A stretch of DNA of 64,000 nt from Marsupella aquatica (GCA_973895155.1 OZ316897.1:21489455-21553454); one strand, 5' to 3'. Numbered from the stretch's first letter, positions 24,915 to 37,900 are shown. The notes: generated by a model from the letters alone, not told the origin. Numbers and translations are program-made.

Positions 24915-27900
24915 ATGGCGACATGTTACGAATCAGATGATTATTCAGATGGAGTTTCTGATGATGTTTCATTGCCGGATGGCCCCTGCACAGTGGTTGG
25001 CCCAGATATCCCTGGAATAACTATTGTTTTAGATATGCCACCCCCCACCCCTATGAGCAAGTTAAAACGTAGTCCTTTACGACTTGCAATTAGTGGGAAG
25101 AAATCATTGGTCGGTGGTAAAGAGAGGTCAGGGAGCTCCTCTGACTCCTTGGAGAGTATTGGTCCCCCTGGACGTCAAGTTGTATCTCCTTTGTCACCAA
25201 CAAAGGACAAATTGGGGAGTAATCTGGAAGGTTCAATGCCTATTTGGATGTCTGGGAAACGGTCTCATGAATTCATGAAGACTGGATTTGGAAAGACGAT
25301 GAAGGCACTAAGTGGGGAAAATGACAGAGATTTTTGCAGTCTCCAAAGTGTTCAGCGGTTGAAGCAAATGCCAAAAAGTAAAACCTTTGGTAAGCCAACG
25401 TCGGAAACATTTCACAGGGGGATGAGGGAAGAAACTAGACGACCAGTGTTATTGAAAAGTATTCCAGAAAAGAATTCTAATGTGCATTCCTCAGTTTTAC
25501 CTAGGAGTCATGGTGTTGGGGCAGGGAGCGGATCAAGTCACGGAAACTCAAACAGGGAAACCAACCTGGTGGAGAGGGACCCTAGGAAAATATTGAAAGG
25601 GTCCCTACACGGTAATGGAGGGATTTCTGAAATACGCCCAGGTATTCCAAGGGTGCATAGAGTGAAGGAAGAGCCTCCATCTCCGAAGGCTGCAGGTCTG
25701 GAATCTAGGCATGTTCAGAAGCAAATGTTGGTGACCATTTCATCATCGAATGAAAGCGAGTCTTCGGAGAGTGGGGAGGATGATGTTGTTCCGGTGGCAT
25801 CTAGTCGTTACAAACGTACGAGCAATGCCACTTTGTGTGAAACAAAGTTGAAAGAGGAGGATATCAAGAAAACAAATAGTAAGTACTGTTGTCAGAGTCA
25901 TTGTCTCCTAAGTCTATCTCCAAAAGAAATTCGTGAGGCGCGTTCTAAATTTTTGAGGCAGAAATCTCAGGATCGATCTTTATCTTTGCAGTGGCTTATA
26001 AAGCGAGACAGAAATGAAGGAGGGAGGCAGACTATATCTTACACGTTTGGTCAAAAGAGTATTTGTCGGAAAGCTTTCAAGCTTATATTTTGCGTTGGCA
26101 ATCATAGATTAAATAGAATTTTGAAATTAGACAACCAAGACTTAGGATATTCTAAACCAGTTGGACGCCCTCCATCTGTTAAAAGATTAGTCTTGGTCAG
26201 TTGGCTTAGGTCGTTTTTTGAGACACGCGTGGAAACATTGCCAAATAAAGAAGTTTCACATTTACCGGATAATTATTCAAAGCTGGAGGTATGGAAGATC
26301 TACGACTCCAACTATGCCAAGATTGATGAATCTTCAAAAATATCCTATCGACAATTCTTGAAAGTTTGGGTTCAAGAATTTGGTCATGTGAAGATTCCTC
26401 CAGTCAATCGATTCAGTGCTTGCGCGGATTGCGAGGAGTTCAAATCAATTCGGGACAAAGCTGTCTCGGAGACCGAAAAGAGTAAGTTACTTACAAGTTT
26501 GACAAGTTTTTGTTTCAAGAATATGGCTTAACACATGATTTCTAATTTTTTTTGAAGAAACTAACAAGTTGTTTTTCCAGGGCGAGGGGAAATTATGTTA
26601 CAAAAACATAGAGACCAACAATCCAAAGAACGTGAGAAACTCGTGAAGCATCGTAAGAAATGTTTTTCAAATTCTGATAAATATTTGGGAGTTGTCATTG
26701 ATGGGATGGATCAAAAGAAGACAAGGTTGCCTCATTGGCCGCGGCCCCCAAAATCGGTGGACGAAACATGTTTGATCCAAATGCACGTTGTCGGATGCCT
26801 GGTTTTCAATGGTGCACTATTTTCAAGAGTGTTTCTTAATTATCCTGTATTGCATAATGATGGAAACTTGACAGTCACAATCCTGCAAAGGGTGTTTCAC
26901 GAATGGGAAGAAAAGCCTGGTGGCTTGCCGCCTGTTCTCTATCTTCAACTTGATAATACCAATAGAGAAAATAAAAATAATTTACTCTTTGCCTATCTTC
27001 ATATGTTGATTCGAAGAAAGGTTTTTCGGAAAATCAAACTAGGATTCTTGTTGGTTGGACACACACACGACCAAATAGATCAAATGTTCAGTCGATTTTC
27101 TAAACGACTAGCAAGGTTTAAGGCATTCACATACGAAAGCCTATGTGATATTATTTGTGAATCATATCAACCCCAACCAAATATCACTCTTTTAAAGGAA
27201 ACATATGATTTCCGTCAATATGCCCTCTCAGATCCACCTTTAGTCATTGAAAGGATTCGAAATGTTACCTTCCACCACCAGTACAAATTTGCATTTGACA
27301 AGTTGGAAAATCAAGTTCCAACCCAATGGGGGAAGAAGTTTTCCACGGACTCAACTTGGAAACCTGACGGAGGCATGAAATTTTTGAGGGAAGAGGAGCC
27401 AGAAAAGGTGATGGGTTGTGCTCCCGGATTACCCCTTTTCAAAAAGGGGGATAAGAACGTTACAAGGACTCAACCAAATATGTCTAGTTCTTCAAGAATG
27501 ACTTTGAAGGAGATGGATGATTCGTTAAATGAGATTCAAAAGGGAATACTTGCAGTTGAAACTTTATTCTCAGAAGAGGAAGTGAACTGGTGGAGAATGT
27601 TTTTTGAAGAGCAACGGGAATTGAATAAATCTTTGCTCCTTGATCAAAGACCATTGATTTTCCCTTTTCAATGGCCACGCTCCCAAAGGGAGATTGCTGT
27701 TGCTGCTGAAGTTCCCAGAGTCCTTGTCAATGAAGAGGAAATTGAAGAGAGAGTATACGGACCTACCAGAGATATATACGTGGGTCCTTATCGGAATCAA
27801 GGAAAGATAGATGTAGAGAAGGAGAATATGGAAGGAGACTTTTCGGATCTTGAAGTCAACACTTATATTTCTGTTGCTGGAGAAGAATCGGAAACATTTT

Positions 27901-28313
27901 GGGTGGCCAAGGTGGAAAGAATTGACCAGCGCGACGAGTTCAACATTCCAAAAATGATTTATGTTTTATGGCATGCTACAAAAACCGGGTCAGATCCTTG
28001 GAAAGCCAAGTACTTACCAGAAGTCTTAAACTACGAAAAGAAGAAAAGTGGTCGTGGGAAAGGAACTTTGAAACCAATATGGTTTCACCAAGAGCTTGAT
28101 TTATCTTCAACGATTGTTTTTGCTTACAACTTCATGTTGACAAAATCTGATACATTGTACAAAAAGACAGTAGATCGAATCAAAATCCGATTGACTGAAT
28201 TTTTGGCAGAAGAGAAAGAGCAAGAACAAGAGAATGGATCAACTAGAACCCCGCTAGGAGATAAATCTAGGGATATTTCGTTTCAAGAATTGAGGACTTC
28301 TGGATCTGAGTAA
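24915..28313 (+). CDS. Sola-like DDD transposase, intact, 2 exons (~1099 aa)
   Basis: Exons 24915-26481 and 26581-28313 join in frame. Cys-rich CCQSHC / ICRKAF / CADC region; catalytic-type motifs VVIDGMDQKKTRLPH, LYLQLDNTNRENKN and FLLVGHTHDQIDQMFS. The 4-bp TSD is consistent with Sola. Confidence 0.85.
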
Positions 28314-31300
28314 TGAAAAGTAGTTATTGTTTGTGACATTACCATTGAAAAACATGGATAACTTGAAATTTTACAAATTTTCAAAATGCCTTTACCACTT
28401 ATTCATGAATTCATGGTTAAAGTTTCTTGAAAAATTTGTAGTTTAATATTATCTTAGTGGGTTGTGTTTCAATTCAATTAGATGGTGTCATTTCTATTCT
28501 CCTTGTCTTCTTTTCACAATAATGTGTATCAGGTTAAGTTGTAGTAATTTATTTTCTGGTTTTTAAATGACAATGGCTTTTGGAGGTGATTTAGTTGTTG
28601 TTTCAAAAGACACCTCGTGTAATTGTGAGACCATTGTAGATAATAGTGTTGTATTTGAGATCATTTATTGGTGGAATGAAACTTCAGATGAATTTGGTCA
28701 TTTTTAGGTGTCAAAACATAGCTAGTTTATGTCATATTTTGTTCGCTCCATATTTTTGCTCTAAAATAGGTGCTAATTTTTGCACTTTTTTTGACTTTTT
28801 CGTTGTTTTTCTGATTTTTTGGCTAGAGTTCCTAAAGTATGGGCTTGTTACTCATCATTTAAGGCTTCTTGTTAGAGTTGGAGAATGAGGAAAATTTTGA
28901 CAGGGAAACCGGTTTCTATCACTTTCCATGTGTTGATTGCGCCACAGAGATTCACCAAAGAGCCAAGGATGTGAAGGTAACATATATACTAGTTCCTAAT
29001 TATACATAGTACATTATTACAGAAGAGAGCACAACCTTCATTGACAATTTTACAGACTCAATCTTTATTGTCTACCAAAGATGAACATGATTGAAATTGC
29101 TTATCTAATACAATTTTATCTTGTGAATGACAGGGTTCACCATTTAACATAGCTGTGATGGGACATTGGGATGGCTTTCAAGCTGCAACCACTGTCCAAA
29201 AGGATTGCTGGACAGTGGAAATTACTATCCTGAATGGTGGGAAAAGAGTATTACCTGATTCAAAAATTGCAAGGCCTATTCCTCTACTTTTTATTCCTAT
29301 GTCCTCTAAGTTATTACAAAGAAAAAAAGAACATCACTTGTTACAAGCTTTTCTGAAACCCCAGTGGGCTGACTTTCAAAATAGTTTTGTCAATGGCTTC
29401 CCTGTGAAGTTAGATTATCCTGTGCCTTCACTCATGCCAAATAATAGGGACAGGCACATAATTGTTCGAGTAATACCCATGCTGTGGACTGGTGATGGGC
29501 CAGCCCAAAGTAAGATTGGAGGTACTTTATTGATGGGATACAACGGCTGTAGACGTGATCTCTTGTATTCAGAAAGCATTCTGTCAAATACAGGAAAGAA
29601 AAAAGTAGTAGTTTACAGTCAAAACAGAAAGCAGGTTCGATTCCCATCAATCAAAAGGGATGTAGAAGGCATGTATTATTTTGGCAAATGCTTGAGAGAA
29701 GCTACCAACGAAGAACAGAAAACAGAGTACAAGAGACAGAGTGGTTTGTCACACTATTCAGATATGTGGTCCTTATATGATACTCATGGATTTGACATAT
29801 CACTTGATTTAGTCAATGATCCAATGCATTGCTTGGCACTTGGGGTGTTCAAAACTTATAATGACAGGTTGTTACAATCTTGTAATGCTGCGGAGGTGAA
29901 GAAGCTGATGAAGGTCTTACAGATTGTAACTAACAATCGGCCAATTGGACTAGGGGCTCGCTGGCCACGTCCTCCTCTGTACGTGAAAAATGTACTAGGT
30001 ATGGGATCAAAATGGAAGTTTTCCAATTATAAAGCAGAGGAACACTTATTATTCACAATGTACTGTGCGGCTCCTATCTTGGAAGAATTGGGGCACACTC
30101 TTGCCACTCCCCTTGGTGCAGAAGGTGCAATTCTCATTCACTTGAGCAGAATGTTTTTTCTTGTTTCAAGAAAACATGGATGGACAATTGATATGCTTCA
30201 GAATGCAAGACTTCATCTTTCTGCTTGGAGAGTGCTTACAGAAGAAGCATATGGCCCAACTGGGCGAATAGTGGAGCATGTCACTGGTATGTAAGAACAC
30301 TGTTTCTACTATAAAGTTAATAATACCATAAATTTATTTTTAACTAAATATTATTGAATGATCCATTTGAACTTTTAAATACTGATGTGTAGCTTTTACT
30401 TTAGACTTTGTGACTGTTGTAGTTGCCATTGATGTAAGTACTTGCCTGGTTTTCCAGGGAATGGTGAAATTTTGGACGACATAGTTTGACATGGCCATCA
30501 TGATATATTCTGGTGTTATGGCTTCGAGCGTATGGTTAGTGGATACAACAACATCACTACAAACAGTAAATCGAGTGAGATGAGTTTTGCACAATACTTT
30601 TGCCGTCAACAATTTTCAGAATTGTTTTTTCAATTGCAGCAAGACAAAGATGGACTCCACAGGGACCAGAGAACGTTGCATATATTACAATGCTCTTTGT
30701 ATCCACGTATAGTTGGACTTGCAGTGGGAGATTTTCTGAGTCCCACATTGTACAAAAGCAAGGTGTCTATGGTGACTAGTATAGAGAAAGCAACTCAGTT
30801 GTGAACCTTGGTGCAATATATGGGTCGCTTTGACTCTTCTTGCATACAGGTTGTAGCCAAAGGAATTGGCATAGGGCCAAACGAAGGTTTGGAGGTTGAT
30901 ATACTTCCAGATGGAGAGATTTCACAACATCTTAGGTCACATTGGGTGGCTGAAAATGTTCTGAACCCTACTAATGATTACCTGTTCAGGCCTCGAATTG
31001 AGATTATTCGAGGGGTTGTTGTTGATGGAGTGCACTACAGGAAGAATGACCTTGCAGTGGTTGAGAATAGCAACAAGGAGAGGCCATCGTTGAAATGTAG
31101 AATTAAATCTTTTTTCATCCATGCATTTGACAGTCACTACCAGATTTTTTTTTAGGCCTGTTGCTATACTGAGGTGTCCATAGAAGGGGATGATGGTGAG
31201 GAAGTGTTGTTCAAAACAGATAATACAGACATGAATTTGCTTCTGGATGACCCAAGTGAAAGCCTTGGAAGTAAGGTCTTTCCAGTGTTTAGCCTTAGGC

Positions 31301-33534
31301 ATAGATTCATTTCACACCCAACAAAACAAGAACCTATAGGTAAAAAAGCAATTGTGGCATTCGAGTTTCAAGATGCTGTTCTCCGAATGCATTTGTTAGT
31401 GCCTGGGAAACCTGGGTGTTGCCCTCCATGGCCTTTGTGCAACGATGTTGTCATTGTTTCACTAACTGCTAGTGGACCTCACGCAAATTTCTATTTGGCA
31501 CACATCGTTAAGGTTCACTATGATGCAGAAAATATTGAACTGCAAAATAGAGATAGGAAAGTAGAAGTACTTTGGCTAGCTCCTGATCAATCAAGTGCTT
31601 ATGAGGTTAGTGAGCATGAGTTCTTCAAAGTATTTTCTCCAGATGAAGTTTTTACTTTGCTGTGGCAAAACATTATGACAGTTCTGGACCCTACCTTGTT
31701 TTCAAAAATAGATTTGAGAGGGTCCACCACCATGAGATGGAAAGCACCAAAAAATTGGACCAGCAGTTTGTTTTTGAAACGGGACCAGTTAAAAGCTCCC
31801 CCTAGACAACCTGGTTTGTACAATAAATCAAGATATCTGATAGGAGAGTGCTAGCTAGGCATGGGTCATATCCACACTCTTCTTGCAATAATAGAGTGAT
31901 TCCAGATAGATTTTGATCCACTTCTTGCTCAGAAGCCAGGACCCAAGCTTGTGAGACCAAGGAGGCTCCACATACCTGATCATGACAGATATTACAAAGC
32001 TAATCAATTTGAGGCCACTGGCAGGTGAGTCACGTCCTGGGTCACATCCATTTTAGCTACTGTCTTAAAGAATTTGTCTTGAGTTCTTTGTGGTGAAATT
32101 GAAGGAGTCACAGGTTGATAGGAGTTTAGTAGGTGGTAAGCACATGAAAAATAATTTCACTTTGCATAGTATGTCAATAATTCTACAATGACGTGAGTTG
32201 ATGCTGTACACTTCTTAATTTGCAGTGCGGCAGAGCAGAAGCATATCAACATGAGAAAAATAGAAAGGAGTTGCTTCGAATGAATTATACAACGGTTGAT
32301 CTCTTACATATGTGAGGTCAGTCTCTTCTTCTTAATGCCTCCCTGATCAATACAGGGGGTTTCTCACCGTTGTGCTTTAGTCTTTGAATAAGTGTGCCAT
32401 TGTAGCTAGTTAGTAAATTCTATTTATGCTGAATCTTAATTAGGCTTGCTATCCCACCAGGAGGCCAGTGATGCAAAGCAACATTCTTATGCGCTAGATG
32501 CTTAGTTCTCAGGCTTCTCGATCATACCAGTTTGGAGGAAGGCCACTTGTAGTTGTATCAGTGAATTTTCTTTGTAGAGGATACAAGTTATCCCTCCTTT
32601 GTATAATCTGCATGTGTTTCAGAGCAATTAGTAATTAAATAGAGGGAAGCGCTTCAGTATGTTTTGAAACCTGCTAGATCATCTCATGGTATATAGTTCA
32701 AGCCTTCGTTCATGCTCAATCATGTAAAATTCAGCTGTTTACAATTCTTTCAGCAAGTTACTGACTATCAGTGGCCTTTCGATGAAGCAGAGTACCTGCG
32801 CAAACATCTCAACCAGCCACGTACTTGAGTATGTAGCCGGTTCACCCACAAAAGTTTTGTGATACCCGGGCGACCCTAGAGGTGCTGTTGTGTGAATTTA
32901 TCTGTCCACTGAATTTCGCCAATGGATCTGAGTGCTACTTTCCCTGATAAGGATCCACCACAATGGCTGAATCTCGACGACAACGACAAGGGAAGACTGT
33001 ATGTGAATTGGCTTTAAAAACTTATAATTGCTTTAAAGACTATCGATATGTTGATTGGTACAGGTACAAAGTTATAGAGGCGGCCGTGGTTTCTCTGCCA
33101 TCCTCGCCTCCAGTAATTAGAATTAATCTGCTCTCAAAAGTCCCAAAGTTTTGCCAAGCTTAATTACAAGAAATCTCTTCAGTCATATTCCTGTCATGTG
33201 TCAATGTACACATGCAGTTCGATTTTCTTATTGAACTCTGTCACGTTCGTACTACTCCTCCCTTCTCAAGATTTGCACTTTGTTTTAACTTCCGCAGGGT
33301 TTTGCACGTAAAGCTTCGACAAGTTAAAAGCCGATACCGGTGCAAAGTCACTATGGGAGATTTCTGCACTTAGATTCGGTGTAAATATAATTTCCACACC
33401 ATTCTTAAGTGCATTTTACCTTTTCACCTCTGTGCATGAGATGACGGTGCATTTCTCAAAAGTCATCTGTGCAAAGCAGGAAAGTTTTCCTGTGAAGAAC
33501 AAAATCCTCAAATCCACGTAGCTTAATTTCGTCA

Positions 33535-33910
33535 GATGATCTATTGCATCTGAATCTACTTTATTGCGGTAAGCAAATGTGATGATCTATTGCATCTGAA
33601 TGTACTTGATTGTGGTAAGCAAATGTGATCGTGTTAAGCACATGCGATGATCTATTGCATCTAAATGTACTTGATTGTGGTAAGCAAATGTGATCGTGGT
33701 AAGCACATGCGATGATCTATTGCATCTGAATGCACTTGATTGTGGTAAGCAAATGTGATCGTGGTAAGCACATGCGATGATCTATTGCATCTGAATGCAC
33801 TTAATTGTGGTAAGTAATGTGAGCGCACATTTGCACATGCGATGATCTATTGCATCTGAATGCACTTAATTGTGGTAAGCAATGTGAGCGCAGTAAGCAA
33901 ATGTGATCGT
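33535..33910. repeat. 65-bp tandem repeat, ~6 copies
   Basis: GATGATCTATTGCATCT at 33535, 33581, 33646, 33711, 33776 and 33841 (first unit is 46 bp). Confidence 0.9.
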
Positions 33911-33949
33911 GGTCCGTAATTGTCTGTGTACAATGTTCAGAGTGAGAGA

Positions 33950-34679
33950 TGACTATCACCAGTGGCAACTTGACAAACAGGCGACACATTAGGTCGGACC
34001 GTAAGTATTTTGAGACCATCGACTTTGCGTGCTACAACAAACTTCTCTCCACTAGTTTGAACAACAAATTTAGAAAGAAGATAGGATAATCATCCATGCT
34101 AACGCCTCTTGAGAATCGAAAGCTTCAAGCCTAGCCATGAAGTGGTAATCCTTCTCATCAATTTCCTTCACAGGCGGTGTAGCAGTTCCATCAATAAACT
34201 TCCACGAGCCCGATGATTGAAGACCGGCGGAGAAAAGCATTTTCCACGATTCATAATTGACGACTCCTTCCAGCTTTGGAATTGAGTGTGTAGAATCGCG
34301 AAAAGGATTCGACATTGTAAAAATTGACGAAAATCTGTATAAAGAAAGAATGGAGCTGAGTATCTCAGTCAGCGTGTAGTGCAAGCGCAGTCTATAGAAT
34401 TAAGGCCCATAACCTGTCGACTCGTTAAATGCGCAGAGCTTGAACACGAGACAGGAAAACACTCAAAGCCATCAAACACGATTTTGAAAACTTCTTAGAG
34501 TGCAGATTTCATTATGCCTCAAGAGAGGGCGAGAGCCAGAGTACATAGTGGCGCAGGGATGGACCTCAGTCCTTATCACACCGTTGTCCCGCGGAAGCCA
34601 TGTGGCACAGAAAACGACGAGAACAAAGTGGCTTACAGTAAGCCTGATACTACTGTATGTAAATGTAGACTAACCGACA
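33950..34679 (-). mobile_element. Truncated Ty1/Copia LTR retrotransposon: 5' LTR, PBS and gag start
   Basis: 265-bp LTR 34415-34679 bounded by TGTCG...CGACA. PBS GGTTATGGGCC lies directly adjacent (34414-34404). Gag N-terminus IPKLEGVVNYESWK..WKFIDGTATPP from ATG 34315. No pol or 3' LTR seen. Confidence 0.8.
34070..34315 (-). pseudogene. Copia gag N-terminal fragment
   Basis: KL.G.NY..W and W..IDG...P motifs typical of the Copia Gag N-terminus; stops after ~81 codons. Confidence 0.75.
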
Positions 34680-34917
34680 CCTGGAACGGATAGACGATTT
34701 GACGAGCACCGAAAACAGAAAGGTAAACTTTCACAGCAGCTCAGGTGCTCTCCTCCGCTCAGAGTACCTCGTGATGTCCGATCCCAACCTGGAGAGCATA
34801 CGTAATTTCTCTTGTCTCAAACTGCTGGTGAGCGTCATGCATAATCACCATCCAATCCCTCCCACATAGCCCACAGTCAATGTGCGCATTGGTCCTTCGT
34901 TCCAGTGGGACAGTGCG

Positions 34918-37900
34918 TTATGTTGGTTGAGTTGTAACTCAATTCACGTCAACCCTACATTAGTGGCTCGAGCTCGTATTTTGTGGGCAAATCAAAGTGG
35001 CCACCAAAACCAGGAATACAGCCAATTATCCATATTCAAGTTAAATTACTCTCGGTGGGAACATGGTCGCCGAATGTTGAGTGGGATGCTTGTGGGCGGG
35101 TGGGATGCTTGGGCTATCTGGTGTCCAGGGCTTTAAGGGATAACCCCCAATAGAGATGCAACTCTACTTTTCAGGGGCTACTAATATACTTAAAAGGCTT
35201 GAGAAATCTTTATTTTATTAATCTTACTATTAACTTGCGAGCCAAAGCTAATTTACGACCTATTGTCTAGAGTGAAGACTTTTTAAAGGCCTAATGTCTA
35301 GAGTGAAGCATCTAGAGAATAATACCCATGCTTAAGGACCAAAGTGACACATTTCATTTTTGATAAAAACAGAACTGAAAATCAGGGTGGACAAAATGCA
35401 CAGATGGGAGCAACGATGGACAAAACTGACATTGACTTTAAATAAAAACAAAACTGAAATGAGATGAGTACATTGACTCTATATAGAGACAAAACTGAAA
35501 TGAGTATCATGGACAAAAACAAGGGAAAAAGGAACTGGAAATAACATAGAACCCTTTTTTTAAAGGATTTTACTTGTCTTTGTATCTAATTATGTTCAAA
35601 GAATGGGTGTTGTGTGTGATCTTGGGCCTGATGCAAAGCTACTCTCTAGACTGAAGCCTCTAGCCCATAACTCTCAATAAGGGACAAAAATGATTTGGGA
35701 CAAATATGGAAAATTAGAAGCGACAAAGATGCAGGGAGACAAATAAATACATGGATGTGGTGAAAATAACAAAGAATCTGCATAGAATGTTTTTTTTTTC
35801 CAAAAATTATTCTTATCTTCATCTTTACTTGTGTTCAAGGATCAAAACAGGTAGTGGGGCTTGTTTTAGTACCTAAACATAGCAGAAAATTTTCATAATG
35901 AGGTCTGGAGGCCTCCCCATCACCTGCGACAATTTTAGCCCTCGGACCCCCTAAAATGTAAGAAAAAGAACTTATTTTTTAACCATATAAATTTGGATAT
36001 TCTTGGAATATTCAAATTTTGGATTAAAAAGTACCTTATTTTTATTCTAATAAATTTTTTAAGTTTTCTCTTAGAACTAATAAAATAACTCTATCCTTCA
36101 TCACAAGTGATGTGTCATTTTTGTGAAAATGAAACCCCCAAGAATTAGGTGACCCAAATCTTCTCTACTAATGCCCTATATGACAAAGGTAATAAAACAT
36201 CACCAAGGACATTACAATGAAAGGAGAATGATGCCAAGAGTATAATGCAATTGAGCTGGGTTGTGGCTCCCTAGAATGATGCAAGAGTGTAACGCAATTG
36301 AGGAGTTGTTTGTGGCTCCCTAATCAAACGATGGCCATGAATTGTCCGACATTAATATAAGACCATGCCTCGTGGGCCTCACACCAAGGGAGGTGCCATA
36401 TCATGCGCGGAGTTTTCAAGTAATAAACACCCTAAAACTTAAGAAAATAAAGTAGATTTTTTTGATTCTCTAACCCCTAACTTCTAGAAATATTCCCAAA
36501 TTTGGTTTGAAAACTCCCCATAGTTCTTACAATTCTCCAAAGTGACTGTATTAGAACACCCCTATTTTTCTTCAACGATTGAATTAGAAAACCCATAACT
36601 CCTTTGCACACAATGGGTCGGAAAAAAGAAATGACGACCCCGGGGGCCATGCACGGATTGAAGCTGATCAGAAAATGGCCAGGAATCAGGCCTCACCCCA
36701 CAACCCACCTTATGTATCTAGAAGCACTAGTTACACTACTTAGAAAAGACAACTCTAAAATTTGCTATTTGACCTTAAAAGTTTATCAATGGCCTTAGCT
36801 ATCAACTAACTCCACATCTCTTACAAAACTTTCACATAGACATTTTGGCAAAGGTGATAAAGCTTTTCTGCAACTTCTGCAAAGGTTTTCAGTAAAGAAC
36901 AAAGCTATTTGACAATCTTCAAGCAAGCATGAGAGGTTAGGGAATTATTAGTACCCAAAAGAGAAATTCAAGGCAAATGTTGTTACTAGATGGTATAAAT
37001 ATGGACCCCATGGGAAGTTCTTTCCAAAATTCCTGAATGCCCGTGCAGCCCTATCAGCATGATTGTCACAAACAAGAACTGTCTTATGATATGCCAAAAG
37101 AATCAAATTTGGCTATTCTTGTTTGAGACAAGGCAAAGAAAAACAATTAGACCCTGCCATTGTAAAAACAATAGAAAACTGGAAAGTAACATGTCAAGTA
37201 AATTAAGTGCCCAGAAAGGCATGACTTTGTGGTAGGGTCACTTGAATAGAGACTGATAGGTCTTGGGTTCAAGTGTTGTGGGCTGACTCTTCCCAACTAT
37301 TGTGGCTTACTCTTCCCTTTCTGTGGGGTTTAGGGTTTATGTTGGTTGAGTTGTAACTCAATTCACGTCAACCCTACATTAGTGGCTCGAGCTCGTATTT
37401 TGTGGGCAAATCAAAGTGGCCACCAAAACCAGGAATACAGCCAATTATCCATATTCAAGTTAAATTACTCTCGGTGGGAACATGGTCACCGAATGTTGAG
37501 TGGGATGCTTGTGGGCGGGTGGGATGCTTGGGCTATCTGGTGTCCAGGGCTTTAAGGGATAACCCCCAATAGAGATGCAACTCTACTTTTCAGGGGCTAC
37601 TAATATACTTAAAAGGCTTGAGAAATCTTTATTTTATTAATCTTACTATTAACTTGCGAGCCAAAGCTAATTTACGACCTATTGTCTAGAGTGAAGACTT
37701 TTTAAAGGCCTAATGTCTAGAGTGAAGCATCTAGAGAATAATACCCATGCTTAAGGACCAAAGTGACACATTTCATTTTTGATAAAAACAGAACTGAAAA
37801 TCAGGGTGGACAAAATGCACAGATGGGAGCAACGATGGACAAAACTGACATTGACTTTAAATAAAAACAAAACTGAAATGAGATGAGTACATTGACTCTA

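Larger units (their letters stand above)
20753..28873. mobile_element. 8,121-bp TIR DNA transposon (Sola-like DDD transposase) carrying a DNA amino-methyltransferase gene
   Basis: Perfect 15-bp TIR AACAAGAAGCCTTAA (20753-20767) / TTAAGGCTTCTTGTT (28859-28873), imperfectly extendable to ~32 bp. 4-bp TSD AGAG at 20749-20752 and 28874-28877. Confidence 0.93.
19442..31854 (+). pseudogene. Decayed En/Spm(CMC)-superfamily transposase gene, interrupted by an 8.1-kb insertion
   Basis: Two N-terminal CxCxxC..RRH motifs, DEFWHG, FNIAVMGHWDGF, MLWTGDGPAQSKIGG..GYNGC, DPMHCLALGVFK and YGFER. In-frame stops at 20315 and 30802 and a break at ~31155. The frame PSICEE|LENEENF is restored when 20753-28877 is removed. 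Element termini not identified. Confidence 0.75.

Noticed and set aside
20764-28862. TTAA as a piggyBac-type target duplication
   Set aside because: TTAA is internal to the 15-bp inverted repeat; only the AGAG boundary restores the interrupted reading frame.
20753-28873. Bacterial/phage contamination or a restriction-modification locus explaining the MTase
   Set aside because: Both genes have GT-AG introns, the unit has TIRs and a TSD inside a plant transposon gene, and no endonuclease partner is seen.
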